Source: Eledone cirrhosa (lineage: Eukaryota). Taken from it: a stretch of DNA of 64,000 bases. Below the pieces are notes generated by a model. The model made no database searches and was not told the DNA's origin. It saw only the letters and a list, made by a program, of their open reading frames with translations. This document shows, piece after piece, positions 1-15,647 of the stretch (its first letter is position 1; each line of letters begins with the position of its first letter). The position numbers and the translations under genes are program-made. The DNA lies in the NCBI GenBank assembly GCA_964016885.1, contig OZ024758.1:10974001-11038000 (forward strand), read 5' to 3'.

Positions 1-1541
1 CTATATATATATATAATACAGTGCTTAAAATTTTGAACTTAGCTCACGGAATCCCAGGTTGGGAACCGCTAAATTAGGCTGACCCCTTAAATACTTGCTC
101 AAAACGGTAAACTAAAGTGACTTATTCGTATAGTTGTTTTTAAAGAATGGCTTAGGACTGTTGTACGCAAAGTATGGAGTTAAGCTGACCCCCTACACAT
201 TTTTTGTTCCAAAACGGCACGAATAAAAATTTTGGTTGAAAAGAGTTTTAACTGGAGTCCACTTATATGTTAATTTAACAATTTCAAAGCACTGAAAGAA
301 ATGTTTTCATTCGATTCTTCCAGAACATTAACTCAGCAAATTAACCAAAAAACAAATCTTAGACGTTTGAATTTTGGTGATGTTCGTGTTGGAGGTGGTG
401 TTGGTGTTGTTGTTGGTGGTGGTGGTGTTGTTTTGTTTTCGAATTTTATATAATACTTAATATTTAGATATCTCAAGTACAAGATATCATTCATTCTCCT
501 CCTCTTCCCCTATCCCTCCCCCTCTTCCTCTCCCTCCCCCGTCTTCATCTCCCCCCTCTTCCTCTCCCCCTCTCTCTCCATCTCATCTCCATCTCATCTC
601 CCCCTCTCTCCATCTCCTCTCACTATCCCCCTATCCATCCCCCCATATCCCCCTATCTCTCCCCCTCCCCCTCTTTTCTCTTCCTTTCTCTCCACCTGAG
701 ACACAAACGCATTTATTTATATATAAGCGAGGCGTTAGAGGGGGGGGGGGGAGAGGGACATGCAGACAGAGAGGAAGAAACAAAGAGAAAAAAGTAGAAA
801 AAGAATGAAAAAAGAAAGAGAAGAGAAAGATTTATGTGTTAGTCCATATGAGATGTGACAGGAAGTTGGTGATAAGAGGAAATGTGACAGGTGGGTTTGG
901 TATGCTTGGGTTGAGGTTTTATGTCATTAAAGACATCAGAGAAATAAAGATTGGTTGTAGTAGCAATAGAACAGGATACTAATAGAGAATAACTAAGGGC
1001 AAACATGAAATGTATTGTCTGACTTTGCTGCTATTTAATTCCATTTTAACGCTCACACCTCCAACCTAAAATTAAACAAAGTACCAGTCTAGTACTGGAG
1101 TCAAATCTTTTTCTAAATCTTTCTCACTTCCTCTCTTTTACTTTCTATCCTTCTGTGGAAAACATCTGCGGTGTTCAAGCCTGGGGAGGAGATAGGGCTG
1201 GCTCTGCCAGGATTAAAATGCCACAGAAACATCATATATCAATAAGCGTCCCTAGGATTCCCTCGGGAGTTATAGGATAAACCTAATCACTTAGATGGTG
1301 ACAATGTAAGGAGATTGTTAGGTGAGTCTAGTTGGCCACCTTTTAGGTTGCATCTCATGCGGTTATTTGTGAGGTTTAATGATTTGGGTCCACACATATC
1401 ATTATCAACCTACAGAGGCGTTCCATTACTTTTGACTCGGATGAAGACGTATGAGATAATTAGAGAAAGGACTTTTTGAAATGTTTAAGCTTTTCAAAGC
1501 AAACAAACGTTGTTTGAGTTGACACAAAATAAACATGTGTA

Positions 1542-1572
<31 letters not shown>

Positions 1573-1602
1573 GCACATACATTTATGTACGTTGTAATAT
1601 AG

Positions 1603-1660
<58 letters not shown>

Positions 1661-1794
1661 GTAAAGTTATATTTAAAATTGTTGGGTTACAACTAGTAAA
1701 TATTTATAACTGATATAAAAGCACTCGACAAATATTTGGAGTATATTTACAATATTAAATAAATGGATTTATTAAATAAATCCATTTATTTAAT

Positions 1795-1875
<81 letters not shown>

Positions 1876-2124
1876 GCACATATATTTATGTACGATGTAA
1901 TATATATATATATATATAATATATATACATTTATATATATATACATACATTTATGTACGATGTACATATATATATATAATATATATATATATATATACAT
2001 TTTATGTACGATGTGTATATACATTTATATTTTTTTAAAAATAAGACTCCAGTTACTTTTCGATTTCATCTTTTTTTTCTTTATATATATACATTTATAT
2101 ATATACATACATTTATGTACGATG

Positions 2125-2155
<31 letters not shown>

Positions 2156-2264
2156 ATACATTTATATATATACATACATTTATGTACGATGTATATATAT
2201 GTGTATATATATATGTATATATATATTTTTATATATATATATATATATACATACGTTTATGTAC

Positions 2265-2365
<101 letters not shown>

Positions 2366-3691
2366 TATATACCTCGTACATTCACTTGAAATCGTTGTTT
2401 CTTCTAAATGTAGAAATTGCCTTCCAGATTTATTCAATTATGATGGCAATAAACTACAAGGTAATCTGTTCTTTTCAAAGTTGAAACATATAAATACATT
2501 GTAAATACACCGAACAATGAAGTCACGTGGTTCCAAATACGCCATTAGAAAACAATGAACATGAATAACCGCAGGAAATAGACATTTCTAGTTTTCCATA
2601 GAAATTTGCAGATGCCAAATGTAGAAAACAAACTCTTGTAGCTTCTTTAGTAAAAGTTTCGATATTAATAAATGCATAGTTTTCTATAGAGTTAAATTAT
2701 TACAATTTAGTAAATTGAATATCTACATTTTTCTGGCAGCACTTTAAATGAATTTTGGACCTCGCTGGTAGCTTAATAAAGCCTTGAGTTGGACGAGTAT
2801 ACTTATAAAATTTGTTTCTTTCATAAACACTGGGAATAAACTGAAGTAACCGTTAATCTGGAATGGAAATTTGAATGGAAAATAATCTTCTCCACAACCA
2901 TCCGTTGTTTGCACTTTATATTTTGTTATTCATGTTTTAGTCGTATATTTTATGCTTTATTTGTGCTTTAGTGTTTTATTTCTGCTCCCCATATCTTCTG
3001 TTGTTCATTCCAGGTCTGCAACATCAAAGTAGACCCCATGATCAATATTTGATAGAACGTAGCTAACCTTACACTTAATTGATTCGTTCTAGGTTCATAA
3101 ATAACAAAATTTACACTTAATTTTCATACATACATACATACATACATGCATACATACATACATACAGCTGGGTACCACGGTCGAGATTTTATACATCTCT
3201 ATACCTACTCTACATCTTCCCATCTATCGAGTACTCCCATGATTAGTGGTCTCCTTGGTCTCAGAAGCCACAGAATCTACTTTTATATATATATATATAT
3301 ATATACATACATATGAAAATTAAGAGTTAATTTTGTTATTTATGACCCCAGAACGAATCAATTAAGTATAATATTAGCTACCTTCTATCTAATCGATTAG
3401 GACTACCTTCTGCATGAAGAACATATAGTTAAATGGTGCGCTAATAGAATTAATGTAGTGATCAGTAGATTTAGAATGTTATCCCACACTTAGCTAATAC
3501 CTTCTGTTTAATTAGGTGCTTATTTCACTGAAACCAAATTTCTGCTGAAATCTTTGATTCCCGTCAGTTTAGAATACATACCATGTATAGACATGTTTTT
3601 ATGAGACGAAGTATTGATTCCATTGACTACAAATTTATTCTTTACAAGATATTCCTTTATATTCTACAAAAACAAGAGAACAAATGTTTCA

Positions 3692-3905
3692 ATTTATTTT
3701 TCCATTGCTCATACTATTTGCCGGTAGCAACTCTTGGCAGAAGCATTAACATGTGACGAGATTGAACTCAACATTTATTTTTCCATTGCTCATACTATTT
3801 GCCGGTAGCAACTCTTGGCAGAAGCATTAACATGTGGCGAGATTGAACTCAACATTTATTTTTCCATTGCTCATACTATTTGCCGGTAGCAACTCTTGGC
3901 AGCAA
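3692..3905. repeat. 81-bp tandem repeat, about 2.6 copies
   Basis: tccattgctc at 3701, 3782 and 3863. Confidence 0.9.
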
Positions 3906-3909
3906 CTCT

Positions 3910-4516
3910 TGCTCTATAAACCTCTATGTTTCTCTATGTTGCTCTAAAGTTCTCTATATTTCTCTCTATCACTCTATAGTCCTCTAAAGTCCTCTATGTT
4001 CCTCTATGTTCCTCTATATTTCTCTCTATCACTCTATATTTCTCTCTATCACTCTATAGTCCTCTAAAGTCCTCTATGTTCCTCTATGTTCCTCTATGTT
4101 CCTCTATATTTCTCTCTATCACTCTATATTTCTCTCTATCACTCTATAGTCCTCTAAAGTCCTCTATGTTCCTCTATGTTCCTCTATGTTCCTCTATATT
4201 TCTCTCTATCACTCTATAGTCCTCTAAAGTCCTCTATGTTCCTCTAAAGTCCTCTATGTTCCTCTATATTTCTCTCTATCACTCTATATTTCTCTAAAGT
4301 CCTCTATGTTCCTCGATAGTCCTCTAAAGTCTTCTATGTTCCTCTATATTTCTCTCTATTTCTCTCTATATTTCTCTCTATTTCTCTATATTTCTCTCTC
4401 TATTTCTCTATATTTCTCTATATTTCTCTCTCTATTTCTCTATATTTCTCTCTATATTTCTCTCTCTATTCCTCTCTATTCCTCTCTATTCCTCCCTATT
4501 CCTCTCTATTCCTCTC
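3910..4516. repeat. 10-12-bp ctctat-based minisatellite
   Basis: cctctatgtt / cctctaaagt / tctctatatt variants. Confidence 0.9.
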
Positions 4517-4843
4517 TGTGCAGTTAAAACATACGTTTAACGCGTCATGCAATTACCGATTTTATAATGATTTTACGTAGGAAAATTCTATTTTCTTTCC
4601 AAAAATCTCGGTGTAATTAAATCATTAATATTTATGATGGCAATATTAAAATAAATTTACGAGGCAATATTAAAGTAAACCAAATCTGCAGAAAAAAATT
4701 AAGTGTTATATAGGATTAATTATTTCTAAATTATTTATTTTATATCATATTTTTCTCTCTTCTATAAAAGAGATATACGATGGTATACAAAGCTATAAAT
4801 ATAGCCATATATATAACTGTAGATATAGCTATATATATATGTA

Positions 4844-4890
<47 letters not shown>

Positions 4891-4906
4891 CTAAATATAG
4901 ATATAG

Positions 4907-4944
<38 letters not shown>

Positions 4945-4980
4945 CTAAATATAGCTATATATATATAACTGTAGATATAG

Positions 4981-5094
<114 letters not shown>

Positions 5095-5404
5095 ATATAT
5101 ATAGCTATAGATATAGCTATATATAGCTATATCAGTGTTATAAATCTGGGCAGTATAAATCAGCAGGAAGTGAACATACATACTTACATACATACATACC
5201 ATACATACTTACAATCATACATACAAATAAATACACACAAATACATACTTACAATCATACATACAAATAAATATACATTCTTATGAAGCAAAACGAGGTT
5301 TCACAGATGGGTGGCTCAGGATCCATGAAAATCCTATAAACCCGACTCAAGCGCAATCTGCTCATCAGAGTTTTTAATCAATCAAAACCAAAATCCCATC
5401 TCAT

Positions 5405-5446
<42 letters not shown>

Positions 5447-5449
<3 letters not shown>

Positions 5450-5921
5450 ATAATAATAAAATTGAAGACTAAAATCCAAAGAGGGCTCGATAAGGAAAAT
5501 ATATATCAAATATATAAGAACCGTAGAGCAAATATTTATTAAAATAACAGATTAAAGTTTAAGCAAAGAATCGCTGCTTTCACCCTTAACGGGATCTTCT
5601 GAAACTAACAAAGTCAATCTGTAAACGCAGAACTGGATATTTCAAAAAACGTTGCAACCGGAGGAAGACAGGAAGACGATACTTTGGTTCGTTGTAACGT
5701 TCGCTGGCAAAGAACGGGAAAAAACGAATAATACGTCATTAATAGGAGCGGTGAAAAACAATTACGCGCAAAGACAGAACCACGTTTATGGTATAAAAGA
5801 GGTCGTAGACTAATGTTCTCTTAGGTGGTGCATAGAGACGTTCTCTGGCAATGAACGAAAAAACGAAGGGTGAAAGCAGCGATTCTTTGCTTAAACTTTA
5901 ATCTGTTATTTTAATAAATAT
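5447..5921. repeat. (TA)n-flanked dispersed repeat with internal inverted segment; further copies at about 23030-23135 (+) and 34345-34435 (-)
   Basis: Shared gactaaaatccaaagagggctcgataagga..tatatatcaaatatataagaaccgtagagcaaata. 5534-5587 is inverted at 5866-5920. Confidence 0.8.
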
Positions 5922-5932
5922 ATATATATATC

Positions 5933-6196
5933 CCAAAAGTCAGCTCAAAAGTGACACAGAGGAGACTGAGGTTGGCTGGACATGCTCACCGACATCCAGA
6001 GTTGACATTGCACTCAGTGCTCCTTTGGGAACCCCTACATGGACACACTAGAAGAGGAAGACCAAGGTTAACATATGTTGATGCCCTAAGGACAGACACT
6101 GGTCTGTTGGAGATGCAGGATATGGCAGCGATAATGAGGGACAGAGACCGCTGGAGAGAACTCGTCCATGGATCTCGGGAATTTTACCCGCCTTAG
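5933..6196 (+). mobile_element. 3' fragment of an RTE-like LINE (C-terminus of the RT ORF), 5'-truncated, inserted in (TA)n
   Basis: RRLRLAGH..RHPE...VLLWEP.HG..RRGRPRLTYVDAL..DTG......M.DRDRWRELV is the typical C-terminal region of RTE/RTEX-type ORFs. Confidence 0.8.
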
Positions 6197-6616
6197 ATAT
6201 ATATATATATATATATATATAAAAGCTAGAAAGATTTATAGAGGAAGTATTGATCCTTTACTAGTCTTAATGTATCAAATCACAAAATTCCTTAGCTGCA
6301 ACAATTGTTCTTATATCCAGTAATCAATGTGTATATGGCAAAGCAATCCTGAAGTCCAAATATTAAATACGTTCAACGTTAATACTGTCGTTATTCACGG
6401 CACAGACCCAGTAGTTTTATCAATAAAAATGTCACTACCCTGCCAAACAAGCATAAGAAATTTTAATTATATGAAGTCAATTTCGATTATATTAATAGCT
6501 AATGTTTTGAACTGCTTGATAAGATACGGTTTTCCCATAAAATATGGTCGCGTAAACAAAACGATATATGATGTCTAAATGAAGCCATACTGATTGTGTA
6601 TATATTTTGTGTTTAG

Positions 6617-7508
6617 TATAGACACATGGGTTTATATGTGTGATATAAATACATAGGTTTATATGTGATATAGACATAGGTTTATATGGGTTATATAAAT
6701 ACATAGGTTTATATGTGATATAGACACAGGTTTATATGTGATATAGACACAGGTTTATATGTGATATAGACACAGGTTTATATGTGTGTAATATAGACAC
6801 ATGGGTTTATATGTGTGATATAGATACATAGGTTTATATGTGATATAGATACATAGGTTTATATGGGTTATATAAATATATAGGTTTATATGTGATATAG
6901 ATACATGGGTTTATATGTGTGTAATATAGGCACATTGGTTTATATGTGTGATATAGATACATAGTTTTATATATGTGATATAGATACATAGGTTTATATG
7001 TGTGTAATATAGACACATGGGTTTATATGTGTGATATAGCTACATAGGTTTATATGTGATATAGACACATGGGTTTATATGTGTAATATAGACACATACT
7101 TTATATGTGTAATATAGACACATGGGTTTATATGTGTAATATAGACACATGGATTTATATGTGTGATATAGACACATGGGTTTATATGTGTAATATAGAC
7201 ACATACTTTATATGTGTAATAGAGACACATGGGTTTATATGTGTGATATAGCTACATAGGTTTATATGTGATATAGACACATGGGTTTATATGTGTAATA
7301 TAGACACATACTTTATATGTGTAATATAGACACATGGGTTTATATGTGTAATATAGACACATGGATTTATATGTGTGATATAGACACATGGGTTTATATG
7401 TGTAATATAGACACATACTTTATATGTGTAATATAGACACATGGGTTTATATGTGTAATATAGACACATGGATTTATATGTGTGATATAGACACATGGGT
7501 TTATATGT
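6617..7508. repeat. About 21-25-bp minisatellite
   Basis: Repeated atatagacacatgggtttatatgtgt(a/g) units. Confidence 0.92.
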
Positions 7509-7891
7509 CTTGGATATGCGAAAGATTCAGACATTATTTTCCAACATAAACATTTTACTTATATCTCTAAACTTATGTTTCAATTTACCAGTACATCACA
7601 TGGGAATGAATCAATCGACGAACTTAAATTGAATTAACCTTAGGTTATTCCATTGCTGTTAATTCAAAACGAGTTGTTTTTCTTCTCAATAGACTAAAGT
7701 GTTCTATATTTTAGAGGATGAAGGACTAGGAAGTATAACAAGGACATTGCTTATGTAATAGGCGGAGTTAATTACCTTCATTGAAAAACGTTTGTCTTCA
7801 GTAGAAATAGAAAAGTACATAGTGTAAAGTTAGCTTGCAAAAAATAATGATCATCAGAAAATCCCTTTTTTTTTCCCCCTATTATGTAGTG

Positions 7892-8636
7892 CACAGGTTC
7901 TCAACCCATTTGGGCCAAACGCCCCCCTTTGTCCCTCGAAATCACGAAACGCCCCACCCCCACCCTATTTTTCCATTTTTCAATATACTACTGATTTTTA
8001 TGTCAGTAGATTACTAAAAAATTGATTAACAATATTCCAAAGATGTGTGTATTATCTGTTTATGTTGTATGTGGTCCGAGATGTGTGTATTATCTGATTA
8101 TGTGTTGTATGTGGTCCTAGATGTGTGTGCTACCCGCTTCTGTTTTTTTCTTTTCTTTTTTTTATTTGTAATATTATTTATACAATAGGGAATAAAATAG
8201 ATCTACATAGTGTTAACTCGTTGCGGTTGAGTCAATAATTTCAGACATGAAATACATTGTTATCGGTGAAGGAAAGATAAGGTTCTAACTGGCTGCGCTC
8301 AAAGTGTCTTTGACCCAGTTGACTGTGGGTTTTTCCATTTTTAGGATCTCAATTACCGGTTAACGTCTCAATTACCGGACATGCCTGCACACCTGCTCAC
8401 AGCTGCGGTCAGACTATAGTTATGCTGTCTGCAAGCTCATTCAAATGCATTCACACTGGCTGTCTCAAAGACATACAAATATGGGTTATAAAACTTACCA
8501 AAATAAAGAGCCTTCCAGCGCGCCCCTACCAAATAAACGCCCCCCTAACGCGACCTTGCTCCCATACGCCCCCCTGGAGTTCCGAAACGCCCCCCGGGGG
8601 TGCATATGCCCCCCCCCCATTGAGAAAGAACCTTTG
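7892..8636. mobile_element. Non-autonomous hAT-type DNA transposon (MITE)
   Basis: Imperfect TIRs CACAGGTTCTCAA / TTGAGAAAGAACCTTTG. 8-bp TSD atgtagtg (7884-7891) / atgtagag (8637-8644). Subterminal acgcccc motifs. Confidence 0.72.
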
Positions 8637-9704
8637 ATGTAGAGTACTGAGGCCGCTCTATAATAAAGGAATATTATAATATTCGTGACCAATGTGTGAC
8701 GGATGAAACAAATTGATATTTTCGTGCGGACCATTTTACTTTCTCGTTTACGAGTCATATCTGATATGTTTATTTTATTTTATTTTATATATTTATTTAT
8801 TTTATTTTATATATTTATTTATTTATTTATTTCAGCTAGGTAAAAAGAGAGAAAAAAGGGAAAAAGGGCAAAAAAGAGGTTAGGGAGGATAACGTTACCC
8901 CTTGGTTTGGCGACATACTTCAGATGTGCCACACAGTAAAAGATGGTAAAATCTTTATAACAGAGAACAGCTAGAGATAGTAACTGCACCCCACCAGGGC
9001 TCAATCCTAGGGTGTGATGTCCTCAGCTGGATTTGGTGGAGGAAAACAAGTCTGAGAAGTGAGGACACTAAAGGTTACCTGTAAAAAATGAAACGGTCGA
9101 TGGATGCTTGGAGCTCAACTTCCGTTCCCCTGTGTTTGTATTTGTCAATATAAAACAAAAATCAATATAAACGCTTGGAATAATACGCTGAGTAGATTTT
9201 ATAGATTATATCTTTATCATAAAACTAGAACTCCTTACTACTTTATCAAGAGAAATAGTTGTTATTGCGGTTATCGATATGCAACCTAATGTCAGCATTT
9301 ATTGAACAGAACTGCGACTATCCCATATTTCTGAATATTCCAGCTTATATTGTTATATTTGGGGAGGGTCATGTTCTAATATTGCCAGAAAATATAGAAA
9401 ATATAGTAAAATACACTCACTGTTTGGTTTGGTTTTCGCTTCAGTATATCTTCATATTTCTATAAATAATTTAGCTGGCAATCAATGTTGTTTAATATAT
9501 TCTTTGTTTATGAATTTTGGTAAATACTCTTTTACAATCCTCTCAATTCGGTTATTGTTTTATGTTCTGGTAGAATAAACATCACAAGATCGAATTCCAA
9601 CTGCCATAACACATATATAACTTTTGTAGAACTATATATCAATATAATCAATAACTTTCAGCTTCATATAATTCTAACGTTTTGTATTTTTATTTCTTTT
9701 GCAG

Positions 9705-10139
9705 TTGGTTCGAAACAAATCAGTACCAAGCATTCAGGAAGAAGGCCGTGGAACGCTTAATTTTAGCATTCATTATAACAAAGACAAATCTTTGTTGACT
9801 GTTAAGATTATCCAGGCACGGGATTTGGTTCCTTGTGAAAATAATGGTACAGTTGACCCGTTCTGTAAAGTATCCATCTTGCCGAAACGCTGGAATCAGT
9901 TAAATGGTAAAGTCTTGAAAAGTACATTAAATCCAAAATTCGAAGAAGAATTTGTATTCGAAATACCAGCCGGAGATTTGAGGACGTCTACATTGGAAAT
10001 ACTTTTAGTTCATCATGACAAATTCTCGCGGGGTAACAGTATTGGCAAAGTACAGATGGCGCTGTGTGATGTTGATTTATCGGATAAAGTGATCATTTGG
10101 AAAAATATCTCGAAAATTACATCGGAAGACAAAGAAAGG
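9705..10139 (+). CDS. Synaptotagmin-family gene, internal exon encoding the C2A domain
   Basis: Acceptor ttttatttcttttgcag| ends at 9704; donor |gttagt at 10140; 435 nt, phase 0/0. Translation [24 protein letters not shown]...[11 protein letters not shown]...DPFCKV...[14 protein letters not shown]...DKFSR...IGKV matches the synaptotagmin C2A pattern. Confidence 0.92.
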
Positions 10140-10149
10140 GTTAGTACCA

Positions 10150-10206
<57 letters not shown>

Positions 10207-10311
10207 GATATAGATATATATATAGATATAGATATAGATATATATATAGATATATATATAGATATATATATATAGATATATATATAGATATATATATATA
10301 GATATATATAT

Positions 10312-10386
<75 letters not shown>

Positions 10387-10700
10387 TACAGATATATAGA
10401 TATATAGATAGATACAGATATATAGATATATAGATAGATACAGATATATAGATATATAGATAGATACAGATATATATATATATATATATATATAGATATA
10501 GATAGATATATATATAGAGAGATATATCTATCTATCTCTCTCTCTATATATATATATATAGATATATCTATCTATCTATCTATATAGAGAGAGATATATA
10601 GATATATCTATCTATCTATATATATATATATAGATATATCTATCTCTATATAGAGAGAGATATATAGATATATCTATCTATATATAGATATATCTATCTA

Positions 10701-10754
<54 letters not shown>

Positions 10755-13562
10755 CCAGACCTTTATCACATAAGTTATGCCACCTTCGTAATAATTCATA
10801 AAAGATTTATAAACTATGATTTATAAATCTTGAATTTATTAGATTTGGTTTTAATGAAGAATTATAAATAGATGCATCAAAGAGAGTTTAAAAGAACGTG
10901 AAACTAACACTTTTCAGGAGGTAGACATATATTTAGTCACATGACCTTTACCAATTCATGAATAATTTATATTAGATTTATTAACTAAAATTTGAGAATT
11001 TTGAATTTATTAGTTTAGCTTATAATGTAGAAGTATAAATGAATTATGGAGATATGGTAAGTTTATGATTAGTGGACTGGAGCAACGTGGGGTGAAAGTT
11101 TTGCTCAAGGACAATACCTGTCACTTGGAATAGAATTCACAGCCTTAGGATCATCACAAACTGAACGCCATAGTAGCAAAGCCATTCGCTTTCACTACGT
11201 GTGAGAAGACGTGTAAGATTGTTGTAATCGGGTGAATTAGTTCATTGTACAAAGTGCTCCTAGATGCACAAAGTATGGGTAATGTCGAGACAGTCCGTGA
11301 TAATGTGTGATCTATTGGGTCGTACCTAGTGCTAAATAGCAACAACAATATCTAAAGATACCTGGTCTTTATAAATATGTTAACAACCAACTTCCCTCGA
11401 AACCAGACTAACGTCTTAATAAAACTACGCACTGCATAATATAGTCCTGTGAACTGAAACCAACAATGAAAATGTCGGTATTGGATTGTTTTTTTTTTTT
11501 ATCGTTTTCCTTTGAGGTTTCTTTTACCATAGACCGCCCCCCTCCCCCCATCCTCGATCAGGGTCGATAAACAACAAGTTGTTTGTTTTCCATCTCCAAA
11601 ACTAATTATATTTTCTTTCCTTGCCATCATAAATGAAACTAAATTACTTTTAAGAAGCTCTTAACAGTAATAAACTACTTTAAACATCTTAACTCTACTT
11701 CATCGAGACAATAATTGTATTTTATAGTTAGAGTCCTCCATCTCACCTACAAATATCTGGACACACAATTGATAACCATAACCCTATTGGTGATTTAAAT
11801 GCTCCCAAAAGTATTGGATAAATGCATACAAAATTACACATGTACATACAGACATTCACAAACGTACAGTCACATGCGTGTGTATGTGTATATGTGTCTG
11901 TGTATGTGTGGCTAATATGTGTATATATGTGTATATATGTGTAGGATTTTACAATATTTTATCGTGTATTTATTTGATTAAACATATTTCAGTATTTGTA
12001 CCGCTGCACACTATTTCATTTCACTCATTCCTTTGTTTCTATGTTATCATACATTATATTGTTGGCACCAAGGTAATAAACACTAATAATAAACAGTCGT
12101 AGAGAGGAGACATCTAATATATATCCTGGGCCGAGAATTGTGTTCCCACACAACACCACTTTTACCACTAACCAACTCATAGTGTGAGTCCTGATATATA
12201 GACTTTACCAAATATAAGTTTTGTTAACTCATGGAGCGATTGGCAAACAGCGATCTTGGACGTATTCTATTTGTCTGGTTCAATAAATCTATATATAAAT
12301 ACATATATATATATATATGTGTGTATATGTGTATGTATATGGTCACCAGGTCTGTAGATGTTAGCAATAATATACTTCAATATCTTGTTGGTCCTGACCA
12401 TTGACCTCAGAGTTTCCTCTTACAGGCATTCAGTGTCCAATGTCCAGTTTGTTTAACTTACCTCAAGGTTGCACATCCGGTGGCATGCTGCTTTCTATGG
12501 CTTCCTATGTGGACCTTGTCAAGCCTGTGTTTCAAAGATAACTGTAGGATGTAGATATATGCAGACACCGGGAACTATGGCTTGTTTTATCATTTCATGA
12601 ACACCGCCTACGGTCAACCGTACTTGCCGCTATGAAGCTCACATACATATATACATATATACATACTTACTTATATATATATCATATACATACATACATA
12701 TATATCTACATACATACACTACTAGCTAGTGTTTACAAATAACATCCTATTGCACGCTACCCAATATTTTTAACTCACTAAAATCTACAACTGGGATTAA
12801 TACAGCCATGAACTAAGTCTTCCAATGTCTTTATACAACATTTATCATGGATGTGTAATGATTTTGTACTTTACCATTCTGCAAATTATAAACGTGCCTA
12901 ACTTATATAAACATGTGAAATTGTCGGAAACAAATCAGGTAAAATTTCTTCTCGGCAATTGACAGCTAATATATAGCGAATACAATATGACCAACCAAGT
13001 ATAGGTTTCAATGCAATTCTCTTCTGTTGAGATTTTTACATCAACATATAATTGCATGTAAATATATGGGTTCGGTTCATCTATTGGCAAAGATAAACTT
13101 ACAACTTATATATTACAATATATAGCTTACAGTTTCCTAGTAGCTAATTAGGAACCAAATACTTGTAAATAAGTAACATGTACTGAGTAGTCATTTTCTG
13201 GAATAAGATACGTTAACTGAAGAAACTGTTAATTATACCTTTCTCATATTAAGGTGATATAGAAAGATATATAAGATAATATCATTTACATGTTTACACA
13301 CAATAATTTATCATGCTTAAATTACAAACGAACGCATTGAGTCTTTATCGGGGAATATCTTATCTAATAGTTGACAAAAGAGTTGAAATTTCGTCTTCTG
13401 TCATAATATCAACAGAGGGGAATATATACTATCCCTACAAAAGATCCCTGTCCCTTAATATATGAAAGGGTTTCAATTCAAAATATATAATATTGTAGTT
13501 CATTTAATTCACTTCCTATAACTAATAAATATGTATAAAATGTTGATATTTTAGATACCAGA

Positions 13563-13665
<103 letters not shown>

Positions 13666-13772
13666 ATGTATGTGTGTGTAGGTGGCCATGCAGTTGTGAA
13701 CAGATACTGACACCCTCTCAATCCTCCTCTACTCCCTTGATCTACTGGACATTTCAGGATGTGACATCTGGA

Positions 13773-13812
<40 letters not shown>

Positions 13813-14828
13813 CACCAGCATTATGCTAGTAGTTTCTTCATCGACCGTAAAAAGTATCTGTGTTGGATTCGATCTTATAACACCTATAGCTGAGCCGGAG
13901 TAATTCTATCAAATCAACCAAATTGAGAGTATCGAGTCAATACTATAGATGATTAAATCGTTCCCAATTCTGAACTTTAGTCTATCGAACCCGGAACAAC
14001 GAAATACAAAGTCATTCTTGATAACATTTGAAATCAGAACGCCGTAGACCATAACTAAATACATATTTTGTTCGACATTGTAATCATTCTGTCCATCTAC
14101 AGAGTGTAAATTGAACTTATTGATCATATAGATTGTTAATTTCTATTTAAAAAAGCCAGTCAAGTCTAACGTGGGTTAAAGGTGTATACTACAACACTTT
14201 AAAGTTTATGTTTCCATACGACTCTAGGGAATTTCCTGGATACAAACCTATATACAAATAATGAACTTTCTCTCGATCAATTCCAAACCATTTTCATTCA
14301 ATCCGTTTCTCACGAAGAAAGGATTTTATTTTCTATACGATGTTTAGACAGTATTTAAACGAAAACAAAGATATACATATAATAATAATAATAATAATAA
14401 TATTAATAGTAATAATAATAGTAATATTAGTAATAATAATAATAGTAATAATAAGCACTGGTGTATCAATGTTTCAAACCCTTCCGATTAAATATCAACA
14501 TTGTTAAGAAGTATAGAATATAGTTTATTGATGCGAGCTAAATAGGCCTTAAATCATTGAAGCTCGACGTTATGACCTAAATTTCATCATCAATTTGTAT
14601 TGACTGTAATATTGATCTGATATATATGATCATATAGACTGATAGATCTAATCGACAATATTTCCTCTTGTATTGCAATGATTTCTAAAATAGTATTTTT
14701 AACTTGATAATGTTGTTTGATAGTACAAATATAGCAAACAAAACATTAGTGGTAAATCAACCACGTTTCTTTGTCATAAATGTTTTATTATTTTTCCTGA
14801 GTTACACTAACTTCTTTAGATTTTCCAC

Positions 14829-14900
<72 letters not shown>

Positions 14901-14901
14901 C

Positions 14902-15021
<120 letters not shown>

Positions 15022-15343
15022 TGAACCTAATAAACCTTTATTTGTCTGCCTCTCTGTTTTCGTTCCCGTCCAATTTTGGACTATATATATATATATAATC
15101 TGCTCTCCACAGCCAACAAGTCAACATGAATTATAGGAAGTGAAACATCATAGCCGGGGTGGGGACTGATAGTTTATTTATCGACCTTGAAGGTATAAAG
15201 AGGATTTAAGCTGAGAGCAAGGGGATTTTGATTGAAGAAATTGCAAAAGCTCTTCGTGTATGTATATGCGTGTGTGTTTATGTCACGTGTGTTATCGGTT
15301 CGACAAAATAAGATCGATAAAATGAGTAACTTGAAGATAGTAA

Positions 15344-15531
15344 ATAATTGTCTCTACTATTGGCACAAGGCCAGCACATACCCAGTACATTACTGGTACT
15401 TTATTTTGTCGACCCCGTAAGGATGAAAGGCAAAGTTAACCTCGGCGGGATTTGAACTCAGAATGGCAAGGGCCGTAACTCTATGCGTCAAAGCATGGCG
15501 TCCGACCCTCTACCGATACTGCCAATCCACC
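15344..15531 (-). mobile_element. SINE family 1
   Basis: Full-length match to the family consensus. Confidence 0.88.
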
Positions 15532-15609
15532 AAGTAAATAATATGGATTGATATGATCAACTAAAAAATCGAGGTGGTCCCTGAGCATGAAACAAGTTAA
15601 AGGATAAAG

Positions 15610-15647
<38 letters not shown>

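Noticed and set aside
5565-5610. Hammerhead on the minus strand (CAGAAGA tccc gttaa gggt GAAA)
   Set aside because: The core has A at position 4, and stems I and III cannot be formed.
10140-10301. ORF extension beyond the C2A exon, and the ORF-track starts at 9699 and 46096
   Set aside because: These are read-through into intron sequence. The splice sites define the real boundaries.
12340-12640. Possible decayed LINE endonuclease fragment on the minus strand
   Set aside because: Only faint similarity with stops; it cannot be supported without a profile search.
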